Under the pieces are notes generated by a model, which was given only the letters and a program-made list of their open reading frames with translations, searched no databases and was not told where the DNA came from. A program made the position numbers and the translations under genes. From positions 135,891 through 199,890 of the forward strand of contig JAUYHT010000002.1 of assembly GCA_030688545.1 (NCBI GenBank): a DNA stretch of 64,000 nucleotides, read 5' to 3'. Shown here piece by piece: positions 55,416-64,000 of the stretch (position 1 is its first letter; every line of letters begins with the position of its first letter). The DNA comes from Candidatus Iainarchaeum sp. (lineage in GTDB: Archaea > Iainarchaeota > Iainarchaeia > Iainarchaeales > VGJJ01).

Positions 55416-57254
55416 TTAGTCCGAAATGAGGAATGCATCCGGTTCCCCCCGCCCCTTCCGCACCCACACGGGTTGCGGCCCTTGGGTACGTTTCCCTAGC
55501 CAATAGATTCCCAATAATATCAGGATGAGCCCGCCCAACCAAATCCCCCGCTCTCCTACGAAGGCCACGAGGCCACTCAGGAAGCCCGTAAATCCAGCAT
55601 CGGTATGGATGCGCAATGGCACCCGTTGGGTCCCGGCCTGGGAATGGAGGGCTAACTGACGCTCAACCACTCCGGTAACTGGGGAATCGGCCTCGCGGAA
55701 CAAGGTTACCTCCATGGTTTTAGTTTCCAGGGGCTGAATGATGGTGGCGGCACCACGGGGAACCAAGAAGATTCCTTCACGCGCATCCCCGGGAAGGGTG
55801 AAGCGCACCTCGGAAACGGCCGTGGAATTAGGGTTATGGACGGAAATGCTGATGGTGCGGGTTTCCCCCTGTTGAAGGGAAACATCAATGGGATAACTCA
55901 CGACCTGCAAGGGTTCCAACGGGGGTCCTCGGGCGGGTTCCACCATGAAGCTCAGGGGGATGGTGGCCGTCACGGATCCTTGGGCCTGAATAAAAGTGGT
56001 AACTTGACGCACGGGGGTGTCGATTTGGGCTTCTACTCCCACCAAAACGAGGAGGCTATTTCCTTTAGTGAGGATGAACTGTTGCGGGACAAACGTAACA
56101 GTGATACCAGGAATGGCATCGGCGACCATCATGGAGACGGACTGGTCTATATCCCCATCATTAACCACGAGAAGTTGGAGGAAGGCCTGTTCCCCTTTCC
56201 GAATATGGGTAAAGCCTTCTATTTGTTCCATTGTCAATCGCGAGAGGGGCAATACATCCACTTCCAATACCACCGTCTGGGAATACGTGGAAGTCATTCC
56301 CGTGATTTCCACGCGCTGGCGACCGGGTTCCACGTGTTTACCCGGGGTTAGGGCCAACTGGAGCGTCGCTTTCTGCCTCGGTCCTATTTGGACTTTCACG
56401 TTATCTGCGGCCACCACCGAAATAGGGATGAGCGTGACATCCTGGGGAACATCGGTGAGATTCTCCACCGTAATAGGTACGAAGGTGGTCTCCAATTTTG
56501 GAAGCTGTGGAACTCTAGTTGGAAGGGAAATGGAAATGGTTTTGATGACGGGCGCGGGGCAATCGCTCACGTTCACCATGAAGGGACGCTGGACCCAGAT
56601 GTCATTCGTTTGAACGAATAAACGCCCCTCATAATCTCCTTCCTGGGAGGGCGCCACGTTCAATACAATGGATACGAATTCCCTTTCTCCTCCCGTGAGA
56701 CGGATCTCCGGAGGGTTCACTTGAGGCATGAGCAAAGGGTGCGAGGCGGAGATATTGGCATCGACGATGCGCCCGGTGCGGTTCTGGATCTCCGCGGAAA
56801 TCGTTCCCACATAGTCATTGGCGCACACGCTTTTCTCGAACGGATTCACGATCAGGAAAGGATTGCTTCCCACGTAAACGGTAAAAGGGATGCGGGTGAT
56901 CTGACCTTCCGCGTCCAGGATTATTTCGGCATCATACGTGCCAGAGCGGGCATCCTCGGTGGCAATAAGCTCAACCCCAAAACGGAATTGCTCGTAGGGA
57001 GATACATTCACTCGGGTGAAGGCGGGTTTCAACTGGATGAATGGCGAAGACGTGTCCACCCGGATACGCACGTCATGAGAACGAAAATCCACATTGTCGA
57101 TAACCAAAGGAACGCTCATACGGTCTCCGGAGAGCAAAGAGAAATTAGAGGGACTCTCGATGAATCCACGGAAAGGAAAGGCGTGGGCGGTTCCCGCTAT
57201 TAGAATGAAGGCGAAAAGCCCAAGGATGATCCATCTAAAAAAATTGTTTGTCAT
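55416..57254 (-). CDS. Cell-surface protein (paralogous architecture: signal peptide, β-rich repeats, C-terminal TM anchor).
   Basis: It has the signal MTNNFFRWIILGLFAFILIAGTAHA and a C-terminus GIWLGGLILILLGIYWLGKRTQ. The composition is Thr/Val/Pro-rich and β-strand-like. Confidence 0.55.
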   Translation of the reverse strand: MTNNFFRWIILGLFAFILIAGTAHAFPFRGFIESPSNFSLLSGDRMSVPLVIDNVDFRSHDVRIRVDTSSPFIQLKPAFTRVNVSPYEQFRFGVELIATEDARSGTYDAEIILDAEGQITRIPFTVYVGSNPFLIVNPFEKSVCANDYVGTISAEIQNRTGRIVDANISASHPLLMPQVNPPEIRLTGGEREFVSIVLNVAPSQEGDYEGRLFVQTNDIWVQRPFMVNVSDCPAPVIKTISISLPTRVPQLPKLETTFVPITVENLTDVPQDVTLIPISVVAADNVKVQIGPRQKATLQLALTPGKHVEPGRQRVEITGMTSTYSQTVVLEVDVLPLSRLTMEQIEGFTHIRKGEQAFLQLLVVNDGDIDQSVSMMVADAIPGITVTFVPQQFILTKGNSLLVLVGVEAQIDTPVRQVTTFIQAQGSVTATIPLSFMVEPARGPPLEPLQVVSYPIDVSLQQGETRTISISVHNPNSTAVSEVRFTLPGDAREGIFLVPRGAATIIQPLETKTMEVTLFREADSPVTGVVERQLALHSQAGTQRVPLRIHTDAGFTGFLSGLVAFVGERGIWLGGLILILLGIYWLGKRTQGPQPVWVRKGRGEPDAFLISD

Positions 57255-57258
57255 GGGT

Positions 57259-57798
57259 TCACATCCGGTTCCGCAAGCGGAATATCAATGAAATGCCTAA
57301 TACGATGACGATGAGTATGAGGAGGGCATCCACTATTTGCGCCCCGTCACCTAACGAAAGAGCAGCCAAACCGGCAAAGGGGGAAATAGGGGTATCCTCT
57401 TTGGACGCCTGAATGATGATTTCGCGTGAATCGTCCCCGGCTATTACCCGAATACGGCCGAAGTACGTATCGCCTTCCCGCAAGCCCTCATTGGGGAATA
57501 AGGAGAACTGGATGACCTTCAATTCCCTCGGGGCCACGTGGATGGAGGTAGGGTCACCTGCGAAGGCGAGTGAAAAAGGGCCATCGGCGATGAAACTAGG
57601 TTGGATGGATTCCGTCCCGGTATTGGTTACGGCAATGGGATAAGGAAAAGGCTCATTTCCCGTGAAAACAACCGTCGAGGGGGCATTGACCTCGAATCCC
57701 CGCACAAAAGTAAGGGCGAGAAAGAAGGCTAAGACGATGAGGACCAATTTCAGCTCATTAGGGATGAGGGCTTTTCTCTTGGGCATGGGAGTATTCAC
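57259..57798 (-). CDS. Small surface protein with a C-terminal TM anchor (first gene of the three-gene minus-strand surface operon).
   Basis: It has signal/TM (LKLVLIVLAFFLALTFVRG), a single β-sandwich-like domain, and a C-terminus IVDALLILIVIVLGISLIFRLRNRM. Confidence 0.45.
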   Translation of the reverse strand: MNTPMPKRKALIPNELKLVLIVLAFFLALTFVRGFEVNAPSTVVFTGNEPFPYPIAVTNTGTESIQPSFIADGPFSLAFAGDPTSIHVAPRELKVIQFSLFPNEGLREGDTYFGRIRVIAGDDSREIIIQASKEDTPISPFAGLAALSLGDGAQIVDALLILIVIVLGISLIFRLRNRM

Positions 57799-57879
57799 TT
57801 ATTCATGTGAATAACTTAAATAGGTATTCTGTTCCTTATAAATGGGGTAGATTCCTTAAAAAAGCCTATTTTTCCCCTT

Positions 57880-58335
57880 TTGCCTATGCTCGACCTCTTT
57901 ATTGCCTCCAATGACATCCTTGCCCAAATCATTCATTTCGATGAAGACGTCTCGCATTCCCACCAAGCGGCCGGGCTGGAAAAAACCTATCCTATCGTGA
58001 AGACGATTGTCTGTTATACGGGGGGAAAAGACCCTTTGATCTTGGCTATCCTCGAAGCCACCCAAAAGGTTGATTTCCAAAAAATAAAAGCCCTTCTCGG
58101 GGTCTCCGAGGTTCGGCTCGCGACCCCGGAAGAGGTGCTTAACGCGACAGGGTATGAAGTAGGTGGGGTGCCGCCCATCAGCATCTATGGCAGCCCCACT
58201 CTAATAGACCCGGGAGTATTGACGCATCCCTGGGTCGCCTGCGGGGGAGGGGACACCCACTCCCTGCTCAAGATCCAGAGCGCGGACATCCTGAAATGGG
58301 CATTCGAACCCCGCGTCGAACCTATTGCGAAATGA
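57880..58335 (+). CDS. YbaK/ProX-family aminoacyl-tRNA deacylase (Cys-tRNA(Pro)/Ala-tRNA(Pro) editing).
   Basis: It has GYEVGGVPPI and ACGGG motifs of the YbaK/ProRS-INS editing domain. Confidence 0.75.
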   Translation: MPMLDLFIASNDILAQIIHFDEDVSHSHQAAGLEKTYPIVKTIVCYTGGKDPLILAILEATQKVDFQKIKALLGVSEVRLATPEEVLNATGYEVGGVPPISIYGSPTLIDPGVLTHPWVACGGGDTHSLLKIQSADILKWAFEPRVEPIAK

Positions 58336-58475
58336 CTTGTCTTCCGCAGAAAAATGTAGAATATCCCCGTATTTTATTGAACATTTTTATTGTACTTATT
58401 TTTCTATTAATTTTCACCAACAGATTGAATGAAACGAATTCTTGCCTGCTGGGATGTAGAAAAGCAATCCGTTTC

Positions 58476-58862
58476 TCAACGTCCATAATATCCATAATAC
58501 TGAAATGACGGGGTCGTGGTGTGAATGGGAACGGGGGCATATCCTGCCACATAGTGACCCGGATAGGACGCGCCGTACGCATAGGAAGTTCCATACGGGG
58601 CATAAGAAGGATACATATTGTACGAGGGATACGCATAGATCCGCCCGCCCCCGAGAGTGGGATAGCCCAGATGATTGTACATCGGGTACACCCAGTTACC
58701 ATAGGCGGCGGGCCGGGAGTAGGCGCTCACCAGAACCTGGTTGGAATTCCAGGTATCAGTATAATAGAATCCCCAGGCCCACGCCGAGCTGGCTAGGGTG
58801 AGGAAGACGAGGACTACTATGGCGATGCGCAGGTGCATGAGTATATTCGTACGCACTAGCAT
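58476..58862 (-). CDS. Secreted Tyr/Gly/Pro-rich low-complexity protein.
   Basis: It has a signal peptide (MHLRIAIVVLVFLTLASSAWA), then YPxY/YGxS-rich sequence (PMYNHLGYPTLGGGRIYAYPSYNMYPSYAPYGTSYAYGASYPGHY). Confidence 0.4.
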   Translation of the reverse strand: MLVRTNILMHLRIAIVVLVFLTLASSAWAWGFYYTDTWNSNQVLVSAYSRPAAYGNWVYPMYNHLGYPTLGGGRIYAYPSYNMYPSYAPYGTSYAYGASYPGHYVAGYAPVPIHTTTPSFQYYGYYGR

Positions 58863-58948
58863 TTAATTATGTAGGAAAAAGATCCATGAAAAACCGTCGA
58901 TGCGAGTAAAAAAGGATAATTCTGAATGATGGACTGACCAGGAGGGCC

Positions 58949-59010
58949 CGGCCGCCGGGGGATTCGAAGAATCCCCCTCGTCCATCGGGGCGCACGATCG
59001 AAATCGTGCG
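58949..59010. repeat. Fourth copy of the GC-rich double-hairpin repeat family.
   Basis: CGGCCGCCGGGGGATTCGAAGAATCCCCCTCGTCCATCGGGGCG plus the 3' hairpin CGCACGAT-CGAA-ATCGTGCG. Hairpin A is GGGGGATTC/GAATCCCCC. The 3' hairpin has a different sequence from copies 1-3 but the same position and pairing. It lies immediately 3' of the 59012-59206 gene. Confidence 0.55.
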
Positions 59011-59011
59011 A

Positions 59012-59206
59012 CTAAAAGTCGAATGGCTTCACCGTCTTCCGCCCGCCCTGCGAGCAGCGTCCAATGGCGCGCTTCAACATCTCCTGAACTTGTTCATTCA
59101 ACGCATCATAGGCGTCGGATGACATCATCATATCCTTTCCGCGAATAAAATCCGCGACTTTGCTCTTCACAATATAGGTTTCGGCCATATCAACCAATCC
59201 TCCCAA
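59012..59206 (-). CDS. Small histone-fold-like protein (DUF1931-like).
   Basis: ETYIVKSKVADFIRGKDMMMSSDAYDALNEQVQEMLKRAIGRCSQGGRKTVKPFDF resembles the archaeal DUF1931 histone-fold family. Confidence 0.45.
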   Translation of the reverse strand: MGGLVDMAETYIVKSKVADFIRGKDMMMSSDAYDALNEQVQEMLKRAIGRCSQGGRKTVKPFDF

Positions 59207-59436
59207 TATATCGGCCTTGAGGCCGATTTAGGAAAGTCCTCCCCTTCAAACTATATAAAAGCACCCGCCCAGATTCTCAAAAAAGGCCGTTATTCGGCGA
59301 ATTAAAGGGGTTTATTGGGATTGTCGAACTGGTATCGCCTATCTCAAAACTCAAAAAAAATGCGAGATCACCGTCGGCACGCCCATCACTCATCATGGTT
59401 CAGGAATGGGTTTCTCGTCATCCGGTGTGGATGATT

Positions 59437-62400
59437 TCAATCCCCTGATCGTCTATTAAACGCATTCTTTGGGGGGACGATTTTAGCATAGCCCACGTGT
59501 TCCCAATACTGGAGCATCTTCACCAAATACGTGGCGCCGATGAACCCCGCGAACTCGATGATGGCGAAAATGAACCCCATGGCAAGAGAGAGAAATAACC
59601 CAATGAACAAGGGCAATCCCATGAAGATGCCCGCGAGCACGGTGCGGATGACCCGCTCGCGCTGCTGCTGCGAAAAGGGTATCACCCCCTGCTGATGGAC
59701 TTGGCGATACAGATTATCCGATCCTATTCCAGCCAGGGCGCAGAATGCGATGAAGATGGCAAACGCCATGGGCCCGGCGATGGCGATAAGATTGGAGGTA
59801 AATAGCACGAGCGCACGAATCCCGCCGAAGATGGCATCCACCACCGTCCGGGGAATGTATAGGGGGGTGCCCACAAGGACAAGGTTGCCTTCCTCATCAA
59901 AACGGAACACGCCCGAGAATATTGGTCGCTCGGATGGAGGGGGGGTGGTCACGCTCCCCCCAGGTAGGCTAAATGAAAAGGTGTGCGTGCGCTCATTTCC
60001 TAACCCATCCATGGTTTCCACCACTAATTCCCCTCCCGTGGTGGGGGTGGATAAGGGAATGGTGCAGAGAATTGAGGGTTTGTCTCCCCCGCCCTCCACG
60101 CAGGAAGACGATAACGCACTCCCCCCCATCCGCACCGTTTGAAGTTGGGGAATGGAAAAATCCGTCAAAGTGAATGAGAGCGACGTCACGGGTGATTCGA
60201 TAACGCCACTCGGAAAAGGATTCACTATTTCCGGGCCAATATAATCCAGCACCACGTCTTCCAATAATTGCACGGCATTCTCGCGTCCATCCTCGCGCGC
60301 CGTAACCACTAAATCATACTTCCCTTCTTTCAGATCGGGGGAAGGGGTAAAGGGGATGGTGCATGAGTAAAGGGACCGCGTGCCCGTGCAACCTGTTTTC
60401 ACCCCGCGATGATCGGCGACGGGAAAGGATGCCAATTCAAATGGGTGTCCATCTGGTGAAAAAAATGCCACCATCACATCCAATGTTCCAGCAAAGGACG
60501 AATCAAATAGGCTCATCCGGAATGAATGGGGATTAGTTCCCCCCCATGACGAATTAGGTAAAGGATCATGAACCTGCAGACTGAGGGCGCTCACATCCAA
60601 GCGGATAGGGTTGGCACTCGAATCGATGGATTCCCCACCATCGCTATCTTGTAGGCGCATCACCACATAGTATTCCCCATCCGGGGCCACGGCGCCCGAG
60701 GAGGGGGCATACAACGTTACATCCACGCGGCAGGGTTGGGAAATGGAAAAATCTGTTCCCGCACAAATCCCTAATCCCCCGGAATTCTGCCAATGGGATA
60801 AAGGGGCGTGTTCGATCAGGGGGTATGTCAGTTCCCCCGGGTTGGGAGAAAGGAAGATGGAGACATACCCCTCCTCGGAGTCCCCATCCTGGGCGAGGAA
60901 AGAGACGTTTTCATTGTATGTGGTTGTAATATCCCCGGGTCGCACCCACTGCGCGGGCGATGCGGGATGCGTGACGGTTACCCGGGGTTGAACATTGGTT
61001 TCGTCCAGGGCATCACTTGAATACAGGTAGGCAATCCCATCCCGGTGAGCGGTGAAAAAGAATGTTTCATCCCCACTTGAAGCTGTCATCCCATCTGAGA
61101 GGCCAGTGAGAATCAGGGCTTGCGCATCCGGCCCGCTGATTGAACGGGGAGAAATGACAGTATTCTGCCCATCCAAGGAAGCGAAAATACTCATGGGATT
61201 CCGATCGGAAGGCTTGCCGGTTAACAGGTGCAAGCGCGTCCGTGAATTTGGATGAGTCACCAAACCATGGATAGCTACTTCTTCCAATCCTTCCCCATAT
61301 GCCTGGGCGACTCCATTCCAAATGGTGCGGGTGCAGTTGGATGCGCATTCCCATCCCACCGCATTATTTCCTTGGCGCGCGCCCATGAACCATACGCCCC
61401 CTCCAAAATCCAAAATGGGCTCGACAAAATTCCCGCTAGCTGGGAGAATCGCATGAGGGATTGTCCATTCATTGGCGGCGGGATCAAACTGCGCGAAATA
61501 CAACATCGTGGACCCCACCCCTCCCGGAACGGGATAATCCACCCACCCCGCGACCAATGCCCCATCCGAGGATAATGCTAGCGTGGGCGAACGCGGATTA
61601 CCATTACCTCCCCCCACTAGGATATCGGGACCATCCGATGGGGGTATCCAATTCACATGGGTGGCGGTGCAGTCCGCGAACGCGGCGCACGCATAATGAA
61701 ATATTCCCTGGAGTCGCGTGACCAGGTTGGATTGTGCATCGTCGAACATCACATGCAACGCGTCCCCCCGAACCACCAGTTTAGGTTGCGAAAAGGAATA
61801 ACGCCATCTCCCATTCTCGGTGGCGACAAGGGGATTTACGATACTAATGGCTTTGGACCAATCAGACCCCGAGGTGCAAGCACGGGAGGAAGGACATTGG
61901 CTGTAATAGATGGCTGACTTCCCATTAGTATTATCGACGAGGGAAAACACCAGATGACTATTTCCATTAGGCGTTCGGGCCAGGGCGGGATGACGAGGAG
62001 TAACCGAACCTAATTCTAGATTCGCAGGCAACGCATCTTTGGTAATAAGCGTTGACAGGGGAAAGGGCGGGGAGAAAGAAGCCCCTCCATCATCAGTACG
62101 ACGGAGCATCGCTCCTTGAGTCGTCTCATAGGCCACAAGTAAGCTCCCGCTCCCCAAATGGATTACCTTGGATTGGCGGAAATCCTGATCCGGCAAAACC
62201 ATGGTGCCCCCACTCACGAGATACTGTTCGAATCCCACCACGCGAGAAGAATTAGGAAGAGGAGCACACGTGCCGGTAGCGAGGTTACAACACGCCCCAT
62301 ACACGGGGGCCCACCCCAAGTGCGCGGGAGTCGCGGGGCCGCTGCAGGAAAGGATGGGGGATAACGATCCTCCCGAGGTGCAAAGCGAGGACGTCGTACG

Positions 62401-62592
62401 CGAGCAGGGAAGGGAATCACAGACCACTAATGTTTGGAACGCCCCCTCCTCCGGGCAAACGGCTTGGAAAGAAGTAAACCCCCCCATTGGGGAAGGAGAA
62501 TCGTTAGTAAAGCTACCGGATTGGCCAAATACCCCAGGGGTTAATAGAAGAATAACGATGAGACCAAACCCCCATTTTCCCCAGCCACGCAT
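59437..62592 (-). CDS. Giant (1051 aa) secreted surface protein with a C-terminal multi-TM anchor.
   Basis: It has a signal peptide (GFGLIVILLLTPGVFGQ), a long β-rich and Cys-containing ectodomain, and a C-terminal 100 aa with 3-4 hydrophobic helices. Confidence 0.6.
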   Translation of the reverse strand: MRGWGKWGFGLIVILLLTPGVFGQSGSFTNDSPSPMGGFTSFQAVCPEEGAFQTLVVCDSLPCSRTTSSLCTSGGSLSPILSCSGPATPAHLGWAPVYGACCNLATGTCAPLPNSSRVVGFEQYLVSGGTMVLPDQDFRQSKVIHLGSGSLLVAYETTQGAMLRRTDDGGASFSPPFPLSTLITKDALPANLELGSVTPRHPALARTPNGNSHLVFSLVDNTNGKSAIYYSQCPSSRACTSGSDWSKAISIVNPLVATENGRWRYSFSQPKLVVRGDALHVMFDDAQSNLVTRLQGIFHYACAAFADCTATHVNWIPPSDGPDILVGGGNGNPRSPTLALSSDGALVAGWVDYPVPGGVGSTMLYFAQFDPAANEWTIPHAILPASGNFVEPILDFGGGVWFMGARQGNNAVGWECASNCTRTIWNGVAQAYGEGLEEVAIHGLVTHPNSRTRLHLLTGKPSDRNPMSIFASLDGQNTVISPRSISGPDAQALILTGLSDGMTASSGDETFFFTAHRDGIAYLYSSDALDETNVQPRVTVTHPASPAQWVRPGDITTTYNENVSFLAQDGDSEEGYVSIFLSPNPGELTYPLIEHAPLSHWQNSGGLGICAGTDFSISQPCRVDVTLYAPSSGAVAPDGEYYVVMRLQDSDGGESIDSSANPIRLDVSALSLQVHDPLPNSSWGGTNPHSFRMSLFDSSFAGTLDVMVAFFSPDGHPFELASFPVADHRGVKTGCTGTRSLYSCTIPFTPSPDLKEGKYDLVVTAREDGRENAVQLLEDVVLDYIGPEIVNPFPSGVIESPVTSLSFTLTDFSIPQLQTVRMGGSALSSSCVEGGGDKPSILCTIPLSTPTTGGELVVETMDGLGNERTHTFSFSLPGGSVTTPPPSERPIFSGVFRFDEEGNLVLVGTPLYIPRTVVDAIFGGIRALVLFTSNLIAIAGPMAFAIFIAFCALAGIGSDNLYRQVHQQGVIPFSQQQRERVIRTVLAGIFMGLPLFIGLFLSLAMGFIFAIIEFAGFIGATYLVKMLQYWEHVGYAKIVPPKNAFNRRSGD

Positions 62593-62853
62593 GTCTTCAC
62601 GAGGCGCGCCCGATTAAAAAAGGCTCCGGCCCGATCCGTTGGGCCGCTTTCGATCGGTCGCTCCGAACCCGGATTATTTACGATACCCCTGGAGAAATAT
62701 TTGAATCCCCCTCACGAACTCGAGTAAAGAGATTCTTTTGGATTCCAATTCTCCTTGAGGTCTCAGGTGGGAATCTGAACTCATCCAAATACCTTTATCG
62801 GCACAGATCGATTATCCAGTGAATATTAAAAGGCACATCCGTCTTTTTTCTTC

Positions 62854-63642
62854 ATGGAGAAAAAGAAACTTTGGTGGCGGATTCGAGGACTTTCAGAATT
62901 GAATGTCCGATTTGATTCTAATATCGAACGTGTTGTCGAATCTCAATTGAAAAAATCAGGTAAAATACGAATTTTAGAAATTGGATTTGGAGAAGGTCGA
63001 TTGCTCCTGGATTTGCAAACCTTATTTCCTAAAAATTTGGAATTATTTGGAATTAATTTTACAAAAGAACACGGAATGCACCAGCGAAGCGATTTTGCCA
63101 AGAATGCCAAAATATTTGGATTAAAACCCATCAAAAAATTACCTAAACCATTTTTTTATGATGCGGGGCAAGGATTACATTTCAAAAATAGATCCATTGA
63201 TGTTGTTCTAAGCCAGGTTGCCTTTCATTATGTCTCAGATAAAGCCCGCTTGTTAGAAGAAATTTGGAGAGTGCTCACGGTTGGCGGTATCGCTTTTGTC
63301 CACATTGAAACAGTCGGAAATGATGATACGTTGCCCGATTTTATGGAAATTTCTCACGAAACGCCCCGTTTTGTAATCTACAAAAAAGGAAAAATAGTTA
63401 AATTATCTTCGATCATTAAACAATGCCGGAAAAAAGGGTTTGATATCAAATTTATTCGTCCAAAAGGGCATGAACGAAAACCAAACCTGATAATGAGAAA
63501 GAACACCATCAAGCCATTGAAGCTGAATCTCACGTTTGACCCGATTTCAACATTCAATTTGACTAAAATAAGAGGCGAAGACAAGCACAAAACAACCGGG
63601 AACGGCTGGTGGGGAACTCGAAGCGTTTACCATACAAAATGA
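62854..63642 (+). CDS. Class I SAM-dependent methyltransferase (type 11/12-like), in a low-GC islet.
   Basis: It has motif I (KIRILEIGFGEGRLLLDL) and motif II-like FDVVLSQVAFHYV. The codon usage is markedly AT-rich relative to the rest of the window. Confidence 0.7.
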   Translation: MEKKKLWWRIRGLSELNVRFDSNIERVVESQLKKSGKIRILEIGFGEGRLLLDLQTLFPKNLELFGINFTKEHGMHQRSDFAKNAKIFGLKPIKKLPKPFFYDAGQGLHFKNRSIDVVLSQVAFHYVSDKARLLEEIWRVLTVGGIAFVHIETVGNDDTLPDFMEISHETPRFVIYKKGKIVKLSSIIKQCRKKGFDIKFIRPKGHERKPNLIMRKNTIKPLKLNLTFDPISTFNLTKIRGEDKHKTTGNGWWGTRSVYHTK

Positions 63643-63914
63643 ATGGGAATGGTAACAATTGAATGACAATACGAGACTAAATGTTAAGTTGAAAAAAAAG
63701 GATCAACCCCATCGTGGGAAGCATTAGGGGGGTGAATAGGAGAAAAAAGACCATCCCCGCTTTCCAGGGGAAAAAAACCGCTCTCTGGAAAAATAGATAC
63801 TTAGGGGCCCTAATCAATAGGGTACGAAGAGGGAGGGTCTTTTGAAGGGGCACGTTGCCTTTAAAACTGGATTTACCCTATAGAAAGACTATAGACGGGG
63901 GTTGGATAATCTTA

Positions 63915-64000
63915 TGGCCGATGACGAGACAATGGAATCAGAAACACCTACTCCTGAAGAGGCACCTTCAACGGTTCTTTCGGAAGAGGAAGGGACGATG
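63915..64000 (+). CDS. 5' end of an ORF with an acidic N-terminus, running off the window.
   Basis: MADDETMESETPTPEEAPSTVLSEEEGTM... It is partial, with no stop in the window. Confidence 0.2.

Overview
This 64 kb window looks like an ordinary, gene-dense archaeal chromosome segment with a few patches of accessory-like content. The archaeal assignment is inference from gene content: eukaryal/archaeal-type PheS/PheT, diphthine synthase, Trm112, NucS/EndoMS, a Lrp regulator, ScpA and CDP-alcohol phosphatidyltransferase. These sit alongside bacterial-type adk, tmk and a Ser/Lys signal peptidase I. Many large, β-rich secreted proteins with C-terminal membrane anchors fit a small-genome or episymbiotic archaeon, but that is speculation. 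GC is around 50% by eye.

Recognisable content groups as follows:
- Translation and tRNA modification: pheS and pheT (overlapping starts), TrpRS, Trm5, Trm112, a YbaK/ProX deacylase, a CsaA-like tRNA-binding protein, tRNA-Ser(GCU) and tRNA-Leu(CAA).
- DNA repair and replication: endonuclease III, PolX with a PHP domain, NucS, an Lhr helicase with an overlapping MPE phosphoesterase, XPD, Tag glycosylase, a DHH/DHHA1 phosphoesterase, ScpA and two KaiC-like RecA-superfamily ATPases.
- Metabolism and redox: enolase, adk, tmk, thioredoxin, rhodanese, HIT, an HD hydrolase, peptidase S51, M24 aminopeptidase and diphthine synthase.
- Transport: ZIP, VIT1, and two MgtE membrane-only proteins followed by a PhoU/TrkA-C regulator.
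- Many secreted or surface proteins.

No rRNA, CRISPR array, integrase or transposase was found.

The non-coding standouts are:
1. A family of about 60-nt GC-rich double-hairpin repeats, three in tandem at 27174-27449 plus one at 58949-59010. The hairpin sequences differ between copies while base-pairing is preserved, the signature of a structured RNA or structured DNA element.
2. An AT-rich palindromic repeat family (GATCAA followed by CTTTTT-N3-AAAAAG) at three intergenic loci.
3. A 20-nt duplication of the tRNA-Ser 5' end followed by two hairpins, which may be a pseudo-tRNA or a split-tRNA half.

The coding standouts are a convergent cluster of four surface-protein genes (51941-57798), tandem secreted paralogues with a conserved C-terminal motif (18083-18963), a MopE-like DNDCD-repeat surface protein, a 1051-aa surface protein, a candidate RelE/ParE toxin-antitoxin pair, and a low-GC methyltransferase islet at the 3' end.
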